DNA of 64,000 nucleotides from the NCBI GenBank assembly GCA_024679065.1, contig JAGIQG010000035.1:7440001-7504000 (forward strand). The letters are read 5' to 3'. The first letter of the stretch is position 1, and the number at the start of each line of letters is the position of its first letter. Position numbers and translations under genes: made by a program. The notes beneath the pieces are model-generated. The model saw only the letters and a program-made list of their open reading frames with translations, searched no databases and was not told the origin of the DNA. Shown here piece by piece: positions 1-13,100 of this stretch. The stretch comes from Sphyrna mokarran (taxonomy: Eukaryota).

Positions 1-297
1 CCATGCTAAATTGTTCCTTAGTGTACAAAGATGTGCAGGTTAGGTGGATTGGCCATACTAAATTGTCCCTTAGTGTTCAAAGACGTGCAGGTTAGGTGGA
101 TTGGCCATCCTGATTGCCTCTTACTATCGAAAAATGTGTGAGTTAGGTTGATTGGCCTTGCTAAATTGATCCTTAGTGTCAGGGGGACTAGCAGGTTGGA
201 TACATGCAGTTACGGGGATACGGCCTGGGTGAAGTTGTTTTTAGTGTAAGCTTGATGAGCCAAATGACCTCTTTCTGCACTATAGGGATTCTATGGA
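1..297 (+). mobile_element. HE1/V-SINE-like SINE, 3' part with internal ~52-bp repeats
   Basis: Repeated ggattggccatgctaaattg..ccttagtgt units and a CR1-type tail gcactatagggattctatgg. Confidence 0.85.
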
Positions 298-443
298 TTA
301 CTCCCACAGTCTTCTTTCTTCACGATACAAGTTAAAAAAAAACCGTTCAAAATGAATAAAAGGAGATGTGAACTGATCGGGTACAGTGTGATAGACTAGG
401 GTTGTTTCCTTAGAGAAGAGGAGGTGACTTAATTGAGGTGCAT

Positions 444-474
444 ATCGCATCTCGGCCTTTTGGCCAAGATCAAG
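444..474 (+). pseudogene. U2 snRNA 5' fragment
   Basis: atcgcatctcggccttttggccaagatcaag matches U2 nt 1-31 (ATCGCTTCTCGGCCTTTTGGCTAAGATCAAG) with 2 mismatches. Confidence 0.8.
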
Positions 475-1793
475 CTTCAGATCACGTTCAAGATGGGGCG
501 GCATGGTGACACAGTGGTTAGCACTGGAATCAGGGAGGTGCCAGTACTATCCACTGTGCCACCCAATAATTTCTCCCAACACTCTGACAAAGGGTCATCC
601 ACACTCGAAATGTTCTCTCTCCACAGGTGCTATCAGGCCCGCTGAGAACTTCCAGCATTTTCTGCTCATTGCGGCCTACTTGTGACACTAATAAAAAAAA
701 CTTTAAACTTTTTGCTCTCTTCTTTTTTTCTCTCTGTCTTCATTGGCCGGGGCAGCCACGATGGGCTGAATTGTTCCTTTCCTATCTCTGCAAGTGCATG
801 TGTTCACCTTGCTAGTCCCCCTTTCTGCAGTGTAATTTTTCCATGGTTTCCGCGTGACTGGCTAAAGCTTGCCATTAATCTCCCCCGGAGAATGGCCAGG
901 CTAAATAATTCACAGCAAGAAGCCGAGGGAGGAGATTTTTGTAAAATAGATACTGCAGATACAAATCTAAAATAAAAAACGGAAAATGCTGGAAAAACTC
1001 GGCAGGTCTGGCAGTGTCTGTGGAGAGAGAGAAAAACAGGGTCAATGTTTTGAGCCCCTTCAGAGCTCTCAACAAACATGGTATCGTCGTTGGCAACAGG
1101 GGAAGAGACCATCATTTGTGAATGTATTGGAGGCAGTTCAGACGAGGTTCACCAGACCAGTTCGGGGGATGAAAGGGCAAAGAAAATTACAACACAGGAA
1201 CAGTTTCTTCAGGCCTCCAAGCCTGCACCAAAGGAGTTGTTGTATAAGGAGAGATTAAACAGTTTGGGGCTTGTACTTGCTGGAGCTTAGGAGCATGAGG
1301 GAGGTATTTACAATTCTAAAAGGGATTGGTAACAGTAAATGTCGACCAAATGTTTCCCCTTGTGGGGTAACCTCGAACAAGAGGTCACAGGTATAGGCTG
1401 AGAGGCGGTAGATTTAAAACCGAGAGGAGGAGGAGAGGGGGGCTGAATTTGTGGAACTCGCTGCCCCATAGCGCGGAGGAGTCTGAATCATTGAATGGTT
1501 TCAAGCAGGAGATAAATATAGAGCTAGTTTTTGTTTTAGAAAAACAGGTTAAAGGGATTTCGGGGAACAGGTGGGGAGGTGGATTGGAGACCAGGGAGAG
1601 ATCAGGCAGGAGGAGCAGTCTCAAGGTATTGACTCCTATGCCTTCCTTTGGACCCCATCACCCGCTGAGGTCAGCAACATCAGCTTCACCTTCTGTCAAT
1701 AAGAGCTCTGCTGGTAAAATGTTCCTCATTATTAGACGTGAATTAGACTTTGCTTTCGAGAATTCGGCACGGGTAAAGGATTCCAAGACTCAC

Positions 1794-1886
1794 CTGCACA
1801 GGAATAGGAGCTGCTGTGTCATTGCACACCTCCTTGTCTAAAGCTGTGGACTTATTCATGAAGCGGCAGATCAGGGAATCAGTATT
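1794..1886 (-). CDS. Candidate exon NTDSLICRFMNKSTALDKEVCNDTAAPIPVQ (phase 0-0); alternative continuation or UTR exon
   Basis: Acceptor tttcttcattgttttgtgttaaaccaacag, donor CAG|gtgagt, 93 nt, open only in phase 0. Confidence 0.5.
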
Positions 1887-3531
1887 CTGTTGGTTTAACA
1901 CAAAACAATGAAGAAACTGTGGCACCACTGACTGCTTTTTTCAACGCCACGCAAAAAAAAAATTGTACCACTGTGTGGGCCGCCCACCGCAATGGAGATA
2001 CATATAGGTCAAACATTTGTCACACCTCTCTCCATGCACCCCACCCCCACACACCACCCCCCCACACAACCACCTCTTCCAATGAACAGGTAGTGCATGG
2101 CAAAGGGATAACTGATACGCGATGGAGAAGATGCTTCGTCGATACCACAACAGAGGCCAACAGAGCCCTTTCCGAGGCACTATGCCGAGCAGAAATAAAG
2201 CAGCAATCTCCTCAAGCCGTCAATCATTTCAGACTGTCATTCCCCTCAGGCTCTCAATCGCCTCACACCTCTCTCTTCCACCTTCTTCTGTCGAGAGAAA
2301 TATGCAAAAGACAGGTGTCAACTGACTCAAGCACAGTTTCTTCTCTCTGCCATCACACTTTCGAATGGACCCATCACGCATTAAGCCGATCTTCCTCTAC
2401 GCCCTGGACCCGATTTTACGATTGCGTTGAGCAATATTAAATAGATATGAAAACTTGGCAAAATCGGGCGTGAGGTGAGTAGCATGATCCGCGCCTGCCT
2501 CCGCAGCACGAAAATGGCCACAACTAGGACTTTTTTTTTTGCATGCGTTTAAATTGATTCAATGGACCACACGCCCAACCTTACAAGCACTTTCCCCCTT
2601 TATCACCGCGTCCGCCCAACCAGAGTCGGTGCGAAATACATATGGCCGTAGAAGTTGGATTGGGTGCTCCAGTTAGTGAGGAGGTAGGTGCCGAGCGTCT
2701 GATGGCTCTCTGCTTGAGATCAGAGTGGGAGGAAGGGGGTATCCACTGTCACACTGCTTGAGATCAGTGAGGGGGAGAGTGGTCTGCTACCACTCTGTCT
2801 GAGATCAGTGAGGGAGGTGGAGGGGATTGAAATCGGTCTGGGTGGCAGAGGTGTGGGGGGGTTATAAAGAGGTCAGTAATGTTGTGGGGGTTGGGGCAGC
2901 GTCTGTGAGGGGCAGGGAGAGGCATTATCCAGCCTAGGAGGGAGGTGGTAGGGGAGCAGCATTCTATACATGCACTGTACATGCACAGTTGAAGGCAGTG
3001 ATCAGCGCTGCAGAATTTTGGGCTTCTGCAACATGATTTGGAATCGCTGTTTTTTTTTTCAGACAGAGTGCCAGCGAACAGGTCTACACTCCCAGTTTCA
3101 AGTCCATCCAGCACATTAAACGAAAATGGTAAATTTGGGTCCCCTATCTGTGATTGTAACATTATACTCTGCAGCGTCTCCTTCCCTTCTCTGCGATGTA
3201 CTCTATGAAATGTTTTTTTTTTTAAACTTTTCATTGCAAACAGACACATGACAGTAATAAATCAAATCAAAGAATGTTTAAAAAAAACTGAACAGCAGCA
3301 GTTTAGATTAGTTTAGATTGTAGTCTGGTTTTACATCAACCATTATACTCAATGTCTTTGCAGCCACCATAACTTATAGACTGAGTGGTCACGTGATAGC
3401 ACGGCTACAAAAGGATCATGAGATGGAAGCTTGGGAGTTCTCTCTCAGCACAGCACAAGCACTGGAGTAGCAACTCAACAAGTGAAGAAAGTATTGCTTG
3501 TAACAAGTCCTTGGCTTTAATTGTTTCAGGA

Positions 3532-3906
3532 GTGGTGTGGAGATGGGACAAATTCAGTAAGAAGTCTCACACCAGGTTAAAGTCCAACAGGTTTATTTGG
3601 CAGCAAACGCCACTAGCTTTAGGGCCTCTATTCCTTCGTCAAGTGAATGGAGAGTTCTGCTCACAAACAGGAGATGTAAAGACATACACTCAGTTTACGG
3701 ATACTGATTAGAATTCTGAATAGAATACTAATTAGAAAACTCGCATTCTGATCAGTATTCTGTAAACTGAGTATGTGTCTTTACATCCTCTGTTTGTGAT
3801 CAGGACTTTCCACTCACCTGACGAAGGGTCAGAGGCCCTAAAGCTAGTGGCTTTTGCTACTAAATAAACCTGTTGGACTTTAACCTGGTGTTGTGAGACT
3901 TCTTAC
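3532..3906. mobile_element. Miniature palindromic Penelope-derived element (inverted pLTR pair with hammerhead-like motifs)
   Basis: Inverted arms 3556-3712 and 3745-3906; 12-bp TSD attgtttcagga (3520-3531, 3907-3918); CTGACGA..AAAGCTA motif. Confidence 0.8.
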
Positions 3907-4150
3907 ATTGTTTCAGGAACACTGTGCCTCTAGAATATCTGAAAAGCCAAGGGATTCAAAATTCGTTCTGTTTTTTTTTTCACTTTTTTTTTCCTGGGGT
4001 GGGTAAGAATCGTGACTCACAACCAACCTACATCCTGTGAACTGGAGAGAGGCAAAGTATAATATTGACTTTGTTCAACTGATAGTCACATTGAGCCAAC
4101 CTGCTGGGAACATCTGTGCCCAGGAAAGATTTGCCATTAGTAGCACCATT

Positions 4151-4174
4151 TGTGACGGTATCAAAGATCACAAT
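4151..4174 (-). CDS. Candidate terminal coding segment AKENCDL*
   Basis: Acceptor atatttaatatcttgcgcag. Removing the CR1 at 4270-5358 leaves an intron of about 100 nt linking it to the 59-nt exon in phase 0. Confidence 0.5.
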
Positions 4175-7100
4175 TCTCCTTTGCCTGCGCAAGATATTAA
4201 ATATGTAGAACTGGGAGATAAAGCAGCTCAAGCATGAACATGGAAAACTCTCATGGATTGAAAAAAATCTCATGGATTGAAGATCGGCTATCTAATAGAA
4301 AGCAGAGAGTTAGAATAAATGGGTGCTTTTCTGGTTGGCAGTTGGTGACTAGTGGAGTGCCGCAGGGATCGGTGCTGGGGTCTCAACTGTTTACCATTTA
4401 CATAGACGATCTGGAGGAGGGGGCTGAGTGTAAGGTAACAAAATTTGCTGCTGACACGAAGATGAGTGGAAAAGCATGGAGGATGTGGAAAGTCTGCAGA
4501 GAGATCTGGGTAGGCCGAGTGAGTGGGCGAGGACCTGGCAGATGGAGTATAATATTGGCAAATGTGAGGTTATCCACTTTGGAAGAAATAATTGTAGGAT
4601 GGAATATTATTTAAATGGTGAAAAGTTGCAGCATGCTACTGTGCAGAGGGACCTGGGGATCCTTGTGCATGAATTGCCAAAAACTCAGCCTGCAGCAGGT
4701 GATCAAGAAGGCAAATGGAATGTTGGCCTTTATCGCGAGGGGGGATAGAATATAAAAGCAAGGAGGTCTTGCTGCAGCTGTACAGGGCACTGGTGAGGCC
4801 GCAACTGGAATAGCGTGTGCAGTTTTGGTCCCCTTATTTGCGAAAGGATATATTGGCCTTGGAGGGAATACAGAGAAGGTTCAGCAGGCTAATACCAGAG
4901 ATGAGGGAGTTAGATTATGAGGAGAGATTAAACAGACTGGGCCTGTACTCGTAGGAGTTTAGAAGTTTGAGGGGGGACCTTATAGAAACTTACAAGATAA
5001 TGAAGGGGCTAGATTGGGTAGAGGTAGTAAGATTCTTTCCATTTAGAAAGGAAACCAAAACTAAAGGGCACAGCCTTAAAATAAAGGGGGACAGTTTAGA
5101 ATAGAATTGAGGAGGAACGTCTTCTCTCAGAGGTGTTGAGTCTCTGGAATTCTCTGCCCATTGAAGTGGTGGAGGCTACTTTGGTGAATATGTTTTAGAT
5201 AGATTTCTGATAGACAAGGGAATTAAGGGTTATGGGGAGCAGGCGGAGAAGTGGAACTGATCCACTCCAGATCAGCCATGATCTTACTGGATGACGGTGC
5301 AGGCTCAAAGGGCTAGCTGGCCTACTCCTGCTCCTATTTCTTATGTTCTTATGTTCTTACCGACTGGCATTCTGTAGCAAAGTCAGTTCCATTTTCCGGA
5401 AGACACTTAAAAGGACGATCTGAAAATACAAACCAGATAGTTGACTTTCTAAATCTTCAAGTAATTAGCCATAGTCCCCAGCAGAACAGAGACACCTTGC
5501 TCTAATGCAGGATGTGCAATATGGAAAGCATCCTTTCCGGATATATCACAGCTTGTATGCTCCTGCTCTGACCAAAGCCACAAGAAACTTCAGAGGGTTA
5601 TGAACATTGTGCAAACCAGCCTCCCATCCACTGACTCTGTCTACACTTTCCACTACCTCCAAAATGCAATCAACATAATCAAGGACCCACATACCCTGGA
5701 CATTCTCTCTTCCACTTTCTTCCATCAGGAAAGAGATACAGAAGTCTGAGGTCCTGTACCAGCCAACTCAAGAACAACATCTTCCCAGCTGTCAGCAGAT
5801 TTTTGAATGGACCTACCTTGCACTAAGTTGACCTTTCTCTACGCCCTAGCTATAACCGTAACACTATATTTTGCACTCTCTCCTTTCCTTTTCCCCTATG
5901 ATCTCTATAAATGGTATGCTTTTTTTCTGTATAGCCCAAAAGAAACAATACTTTTCACTGTATCCCAAAACATGTGACAATTACAAATCAAAGCAAATCA
6001 AATTTTAAAAAGCTTGAGGACCATCATTTTGCAATCATGGGGCAAGGCAAGGAGGAGGGCCTGAAACAACAAAGAACAACACAGCATGGGAAACAGGCCC
6101 TTCAGCCCAACGAGCCCACATTGCCATTTTAACAAGGTGCATTCCCTCTACCACCCATGACCCTTGTCAATTGCTTATGAAATCCACATTGGGAACCAGA
6201 TTGAGGGGAGACTAATTTAGGGACAATTTGTTACACCAATTAGCCTAAGAGCACATCTTTGGGGTGTGGGAAGAAACTGGAGCACCCGGAGAAAACCCAC
6301 GCAAGCACAAGGAGAATGCTCAAACTCCCACAGATACTGGCCCGAATCCATGTATCTGCACAGCACAGGGATATTCACTGAGCTGTCGTGTTGCCCATCA
6401 GCTGGTCCAGTTTAAGCGTACACTAACGACGTGAAGCACTAGGATACTCTCGAAAAATCTGAGAGCAGCCCTCGCACGACCCATTACATGTATGCCCCTT
6501 GTTGGACAACAAGACGGACTGAAGCACCTGTGGATTAAAAGAGAAAAACATCAATAACATGGCACATCTTATGCAAACATCCAAGGGAATCACCAGAAGC
6601 TCAAAAGTAAAATAAATGAGCCAGAAAATATGTTGGAAGGTCCATAGGGATCAATTGATTCCCAGGAAAATCCCAAGGCTCTTGATGCCTATTTAAAAGT
6701 CTCCTATATCCTTCCATCTCTATTCCGCTCATGTGTCTATATAACTATTCCTTAAACAACTCCAGCGTGCCTACCTCCACCATCTTACTTGGCAATGCCT
6801 TCCATACCCCCACAACACTGTGTGAAAAACCTCCCTCTAATATCCGAATTGCTCCCCTCACCTTTGTAATATTACCTTCCAATCTAGGAAAAAGTTTACC
6901 ACTGTTTACTCTAATATTATACACCTCTATTAGATCTTCATAATCTTATACACCTCTATTAGATCTCCCCTTATTCTCCGTCTTTCTAAGGAAAACTGTC
7001 CCAACTTGCCCAATCTTTCCTCGTAACTCAGACCTTCCATACCAGGCAGCATCCTGGTAAACCTCCTCTGCACTCTCTCCAGAGTCTTCATGTCCTTCCG

Positions 7101-10100
7101 GTAGTAAGGCGACCAGAATTGGACGCAGTATTCCAAATGAGGTCTAACCAAAGTTGTATACAACTGCAACATTAAAGGCCAGCTCTTGTACTCTATACCC
7201 CTTCGTATAAAGGCGAGCATACCATAAGCTTTCTTCACAACCTTCTCCACCTGTACTGCCACCTTCAAAGATTTGTGCATTTGCACCCCCAGGTCCCTCT
7301 GCGTTTCTATACTCTTAATAGGTCTACCCTTTATTGGATAACTCCTCCTTACGTTATTTCTCCCAAAATGCATTACCTCGCATTTATCAGGATTAAATTC
7401 CATCTGCCATTTATCTGCCCAATACACCTTGAACTACCACAGCCGATCTGGGGATTGAACCCATGCCAATGGCATCATACACTAGCCACCTGACCCAAAC
7501 AACACCCATTTGGTAATGGACATTAAGGAGAACTTTGTTACTGAGAAAGGAGTATTGTATACAACTCTGGGTGCCACACTATAGGAATCCCATAGTACCA
7601 ACTAAAAATTCTTAGAGTGACCATCAAGTCTGCACCAACTAATTCCAGCCTTGGATCACTGAGTGTGTGAAGTCTGCATGTTCTCCCTATGTCTGTGTGA
7701 GTTTCCACCAGGTGCTCCAGTTTCCTCCCAAAGTGCAAAGATGTGCAGATTGGCCATGTTAAATTGCCCTTAATGACCTAAAATGTGTGGATTAACCATG
7801 GTAAATGCATGGGATTAGGGACATAGGTTGGCAAGGAGATGGGCCTGGGTAAGATGCTCTTTCAGGGGGTCAGTGCTGACTCAATGGGCTGAATGGCACT
7901 GTAGGGATTCTATGGATTCAGCAGTGAGTTGTGAAATAGGGGAAGGTGAATTCAATCATTGGTAATCAGATCAATGCATGAACGTACCGTCCTTAATACT
8001 GAGGATTACATCTTCTTTCTTGTTATTGCCTCCGCAATATTCTACTTGGCAGCAGTACGGACCCTCATCTCCCATGGTCAAATTGTGTACGGTGAGAGAG
8101 ACGTTACCTTGCTCAATGTCCTCAAACAAGTTGTATTTTGTGTTAGAACGATAGGTGATATTTTTCCCATCAGTTCTAAGAATCATTTTGTGACTTGCAG
8201 ACATCTCTGAGCACCTGCCTTGACTCCAATGCATTGCAGTTAAACCATATGAGAGAACGCTGTACGTGCAAGGCAGGATGACCGAGGATCTCAACATCCC
8301 ATTGATGTGTAATGCCTCTGCAAAAAAGAATGGAAATTACATCCAGAGTCTGTAATAGGAGGAGATTGTGTTACCAAAACAGCTGAATCACAACAACTGA
8401 ATCAGAACACTTTTAAGATTAGTATCTTCAGATTTAACCTAAAGAATGTGAAGGTGAAAAATTAAGCGGCTGCTGCTGGTGTGGAATAAAGGGGCAGAAG
8501 AAAGCCAGTTACCCCTTCAAGCCAAAAGAGAAAGCATCTTGTCCAGATGTAATACAGCTTGGTATGGCTCCTGCTCTGAACGACAAAGAGCGACATTGAC
8601 AAAAGAAAAGCGGTGGATGTGGTTTATATGGACTTCAGCAAGGCATTTGATAAGATTCCCCATGCAAGACTTCTTGAAAAGGTGAGAGGGCATGGGATCC
8701 AAGGGGCTGTTGCCTTGTGGATCCAGAACTGGCTTGCCTGCAGAAGGCAGAGAGTAGCTGTGAATGGGTCTTTTTCTGCATGGAGGTCAGTGGAGTGTCC
8801 CAGCGTTCTGTTCTAGGATCCAGGTCATCCATAAGCGACCTGGATGAGGAAGTGGAGAGATGGGTTAGTCAGTTTGCCGATGACACAAAGTTTGGTGGTG
8901 TTTTGGATAGTCTGAAGGCACGTCAGAAGTTGCAGTGAGACATAAGATAGGATGCAAGACTGGGCGGAGAAGTGGCAGATGGACTTCAACGCAGACAGAT
9001 ACGTAGTGGTCCGTTTTAGCAGGTCCAATGGGATGAAGGAGTACAATATCAAGGGTAGGACTCTTAGCAGTGTTGAGCAGAAAAAGACCTTGGAGTCTGG
9101 GTCCATAGGACTCTTAAATCGCCCTTGCAGGTGGAGGATGTGGTCAAGAAGGTGTATGGTGTGCTAGCTTTCATTAATTGAGAGATTGAGTTTAGGAATC
9201 AGGAGGTAATGCTGCAACATTATAGGACCCTTGTCAGACCCCACTTGGATACTGTGCGCAGTTCTGGTCACCTCACTACAAGAAGAATGTAGAACCTATT
9301 GAGAGGGTTCAGAGGAGATTTACAAGGATGTTGCCTGGATTAGGAGGCATGTCTTATGAAGGTAGGTTGAGGGAGCTAGGTCTCTTCTCCCTGGAGAGAT
9401 GAAGATTGAGAGGCGACCTGATAGAGTTAATAAAATATTGAGATGTGGATTCTTGGATGCTATTTCCCAGGGCTGAAATGGTCGCTACAAGAGGACAGAG
9501 GTTTAAGGTGCTGGGGAGCAGGTACGGAGAAGATGTCAAGGATACGTTTTTCAGTCAGAGGATAGCGAGTGAATGGAATCGGCTGCTGTCGGTGGAGGTA
9601 GAGACAAACTCGCTGAGGTCTTTTAAGAGACTTCTGGATAAGTGCATAGGATTTAATGGGATTGAGAGTCATAGATAGGCCTGTTAGGTATAGATATGAC
9701 CGGCGCAACTCATGGGCCGAAGGGCCTGTTGTGCTGTAGTGTTCTATGTTCTAAGATCGCAAGAAACCACAAAAGCTTGGGATTGTAGCCCAGTCCATCA
9801 CACTAACTAGCCTCTCATCCACTGACTCTGTCTACACTTCTGGTTGCCTTGGAAAAGCAGCCAGCATAATTCAGGACCCCACGCACCCAGACATTTTCTC
9901 TTCCACCTTTTTCCTTTGGGAAAAGGATACAAAAGTCTGAGGTCACGTACCAGCCGACTCAAGAACAGCTTCTTCCCTGCTGCTGTCAGACTTTTGAATG
10001 GACCTACCTCGCCTTGAGTTGATCTTTCTCTACACGTAGCTGTGGTAAAAGCACAGGTTAGGAGGATAGAGTGGTAAGTGGATGGGCCTGGATAAGATGC

Positions 10101-13100
10101 TCTTTCAGGGAGTCAGTGCTGACTCAATGAGCTGAATGGCACTGTAGATATTCTATGGATTCAACAGTAAGTTGTGAAATATAGGAAGGCAAATTCAATC
10201 ATTGATAATCAGGTCAGTTGTATGAACTCACCCAGATTAAGGGTAAGGATTATATCTTCTTTCCTCTCATTGAACATTCCGCTATATTGTATCCAGCAGC
10301 CTCATCTCTCATGGTCAAATGGTGTATGGTGAGAGATAGGTTACCTTGCTCAATGTCCCCAGACAAGTTGTATTTTGCATTTAAACCATTGATGATATTT
10401 TTCCCATCAGTTTTAAGCAACTCGTTGCTACAGAAACATATAAACATTTCTGAGCACCTGCCTTGACCCCAACACATTGCAGTTAAGCAATAAGAGGCAA
10501 CATTGTAGATGTAAGGCAGAATGACCGAGGATCTTAGCGTCCCATTGATATGCAATGCCTCTGCAACGAAAGGAATGGAAATTACATTCAGAGTCTGTAA
10601 TATGGAGGAGGACATGTTACCAAAGCAGCTGAATCACAGCAACTGAATCAGAACACTTTTAAGATTAGTGTCTGCAGATTTAACCCAAAGAATGTGGAGA
10701 TGCAAAATTAAGCAGTTGCTGCTGTTGTGGAACAAGGAGAAAGCCAGTTACCTTCTCAAGTCAGTATAGAAAGCATTTTGTCCAGATGTATCACAGTTTG
10801 GTATGGCTTCTGCTCTGAACAAGATCGCAAGAAACTACAAAGGCTTGGGATCGTAGCCCAGTCCTTCATGCAAACCATCCATTGACTCTGTCTACACTTC
10901 CCGCTGCCTTGGAAAAGCAGCCGGCATAATCAAAGACCCCAGGCATCCTGGACATTCTCTCTTCCACTTTCTTCCATCAGGAAAAAGATACAAAATTCTG
11001 AGGTCCCGTACCGATCGATTCAAGAACAGTTTCTTCCTTGCTGCTGTCAGACTTTTGAAAGGACCTACCTCGCATTAAGTTGATCTTTCCCTACGCCCTA
11101 GCTATGGTAAAAGCACAGAGTTGGGGAATAGAGTGGCAAGTGGGTGGGCCTGGATAAAATGCTTTTATTGGACGTTAGTACTGGCTCAATAGGCCAAATG
11201 GCATTGTAGGGACTCTATGGATCCAGCAGTGAGTTGTGAAATATAGGAAGGCAAATTCAGTCATTGGTAATCAGAACAATTGTACGAACTTACCGGCTTT
11301 AATGCTGAGGATTACATCTTCTTTCTTGTTATTACCTCTGCTATATTCTATCCAGCAGCAGTACGGACCCTCATCTCTGATAGTCAAATTGTGTATGGTG
11401 AGAGAGACATCACCTTGTTCAATGTCCCCATACAAGTTGTATTTTTTTTTCAAACGAAGGGTAATTACTTTCTCAGCAGTTGCAAAAAACACGTTAGAAC
11501 AGAAATATGTTTCCATTTTGGAGCACCAGCCTTGACCCCAACATATTGAAGCTAAACCATAAGAGGTAACATTGTAGGTGCAAGGCAGGGTGACTGAGGA
11601 TCTTAACGTCCCATTGATATTCAATGCTTCTGCAAAAAAAAGGAATGGAAATTACATTCAGAGTCTGTAATGTGGAGAATGACATGTTACCAAAGCAGCT
11701 GAATCACGATGACTGAATCAGAACACTTTTAAGATTAGTGTCTGCAGATTTAACCCAAAGAATGTGGAGATGCAAAATTAAGCAGTTGCTGCTGTTGTGG
11801 GACAAGGAGGCAGGAGAAAGCCAGTTATAGAAAGTCTCAAGTCAGTATAGAAAGCATTTTGTCCAGATGTATCACAGTTTGGTATGGCTTCTGCTCTGAA
11901 CAAGATCGCAAGAAACTACAAAGGCTTGGGATCGTAGCCCAGTCCATCGTGCAAACCGTCCATTGATTCTGTCTACACTTCTCCCTGCGTCAGAAAAGCA
12001 GCCGGCATAATCAAGGACCCCAGGCATCCTGGACATTCTCTCTTCCACTTTCTTCCGTCAGGAAAAAGATGCAAAAGTCTGAGGTACCGTACCAATCAAC
12101 TCAAGAACAGTTTCTTCCCTGCTGCTGTCAGACTTTTGAACGGACCTACCTCGCATTAAGTTGATCTTTCGCTATGCCCTGGCTATGATTGCAGCACTAC
12201 ATTCTGTACTCTCTCCTTTCCTTCACCTCTATGTACTCTATGAACGGTATGCTTTTTCCATGTAGCGTGCAAGAACCAATACTTTCTACTGGATCCCAAA
12301 ACATGTGACAATAATAAATCCAATCAAAAAAAAACTTGAGGGCCCCATTTTGCAATATTGGGGCAAGGCAAGGAGGAGGGCCTCCTTGAGCTACCACAGC
12401 CAATCCAGGGATTGAACCCATGCCACTGGAGTCATACACGAGGCACCTGATTTAAACAACACCCAGTTAGACATTAAGGAGAACATAGTTACTGGGAAAG
12501 GAGTGTTGTGGACAGTTCTGGGTACAGGATTCCCAAGGAATCCCATAGAATCATTACAGTGCCCATGAAGCCTGCACCAGCCAGTTCCGGCCTGGGGTGA
12601 CTCTCCACGTGGAGTTCTCCCCATGTCTGCATACATTTCCTCCTGGTGCTCCGGTTTCCTCTCACATTCCAAAGATGTGCAGCTTAGGAGGATTAGCCAT
12701 GTTAAATTGCCCCTTAGTGTCCAAATATGTGCAGGTTAGGTGAATTGGTCACTCTAAATTGCCCCTTAGTATCCAATGAACAAAGAATAAAGAAAAATAT
12801 AGCATAGGAACAAGGTCTTCGGCCCTCCAAACCTGCACCAACAACGCTGCCTGAGTGAACTAAAACCCCTACTCTTCCGGGAACCATATTCCTCTATTCC
12901 CATCCTATTTGTGTATTTGTCCAAATGCCCCTTTAAAGTCAACATCGTGTCTGCTTCCATTACCTCCTCAGCACTGAGTTCTAGGCATCACCACCCTCTG
13001 TATAAAAAACTTGCCTTGCATATCTCTGTTAAACCTTGCCCCTCACACCTTAAACCTGTACCCCCTAGTAATTAACTCTTCCACCTTGGGAAAAAGCTTC

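Noticed and set aside
2764-3249. 161-aa ORF and similar Pro-rich ORFs at 18565, 21456 and 38448
   Set aside because: They lie in GC-rich repeat relics and show no recognisable domains
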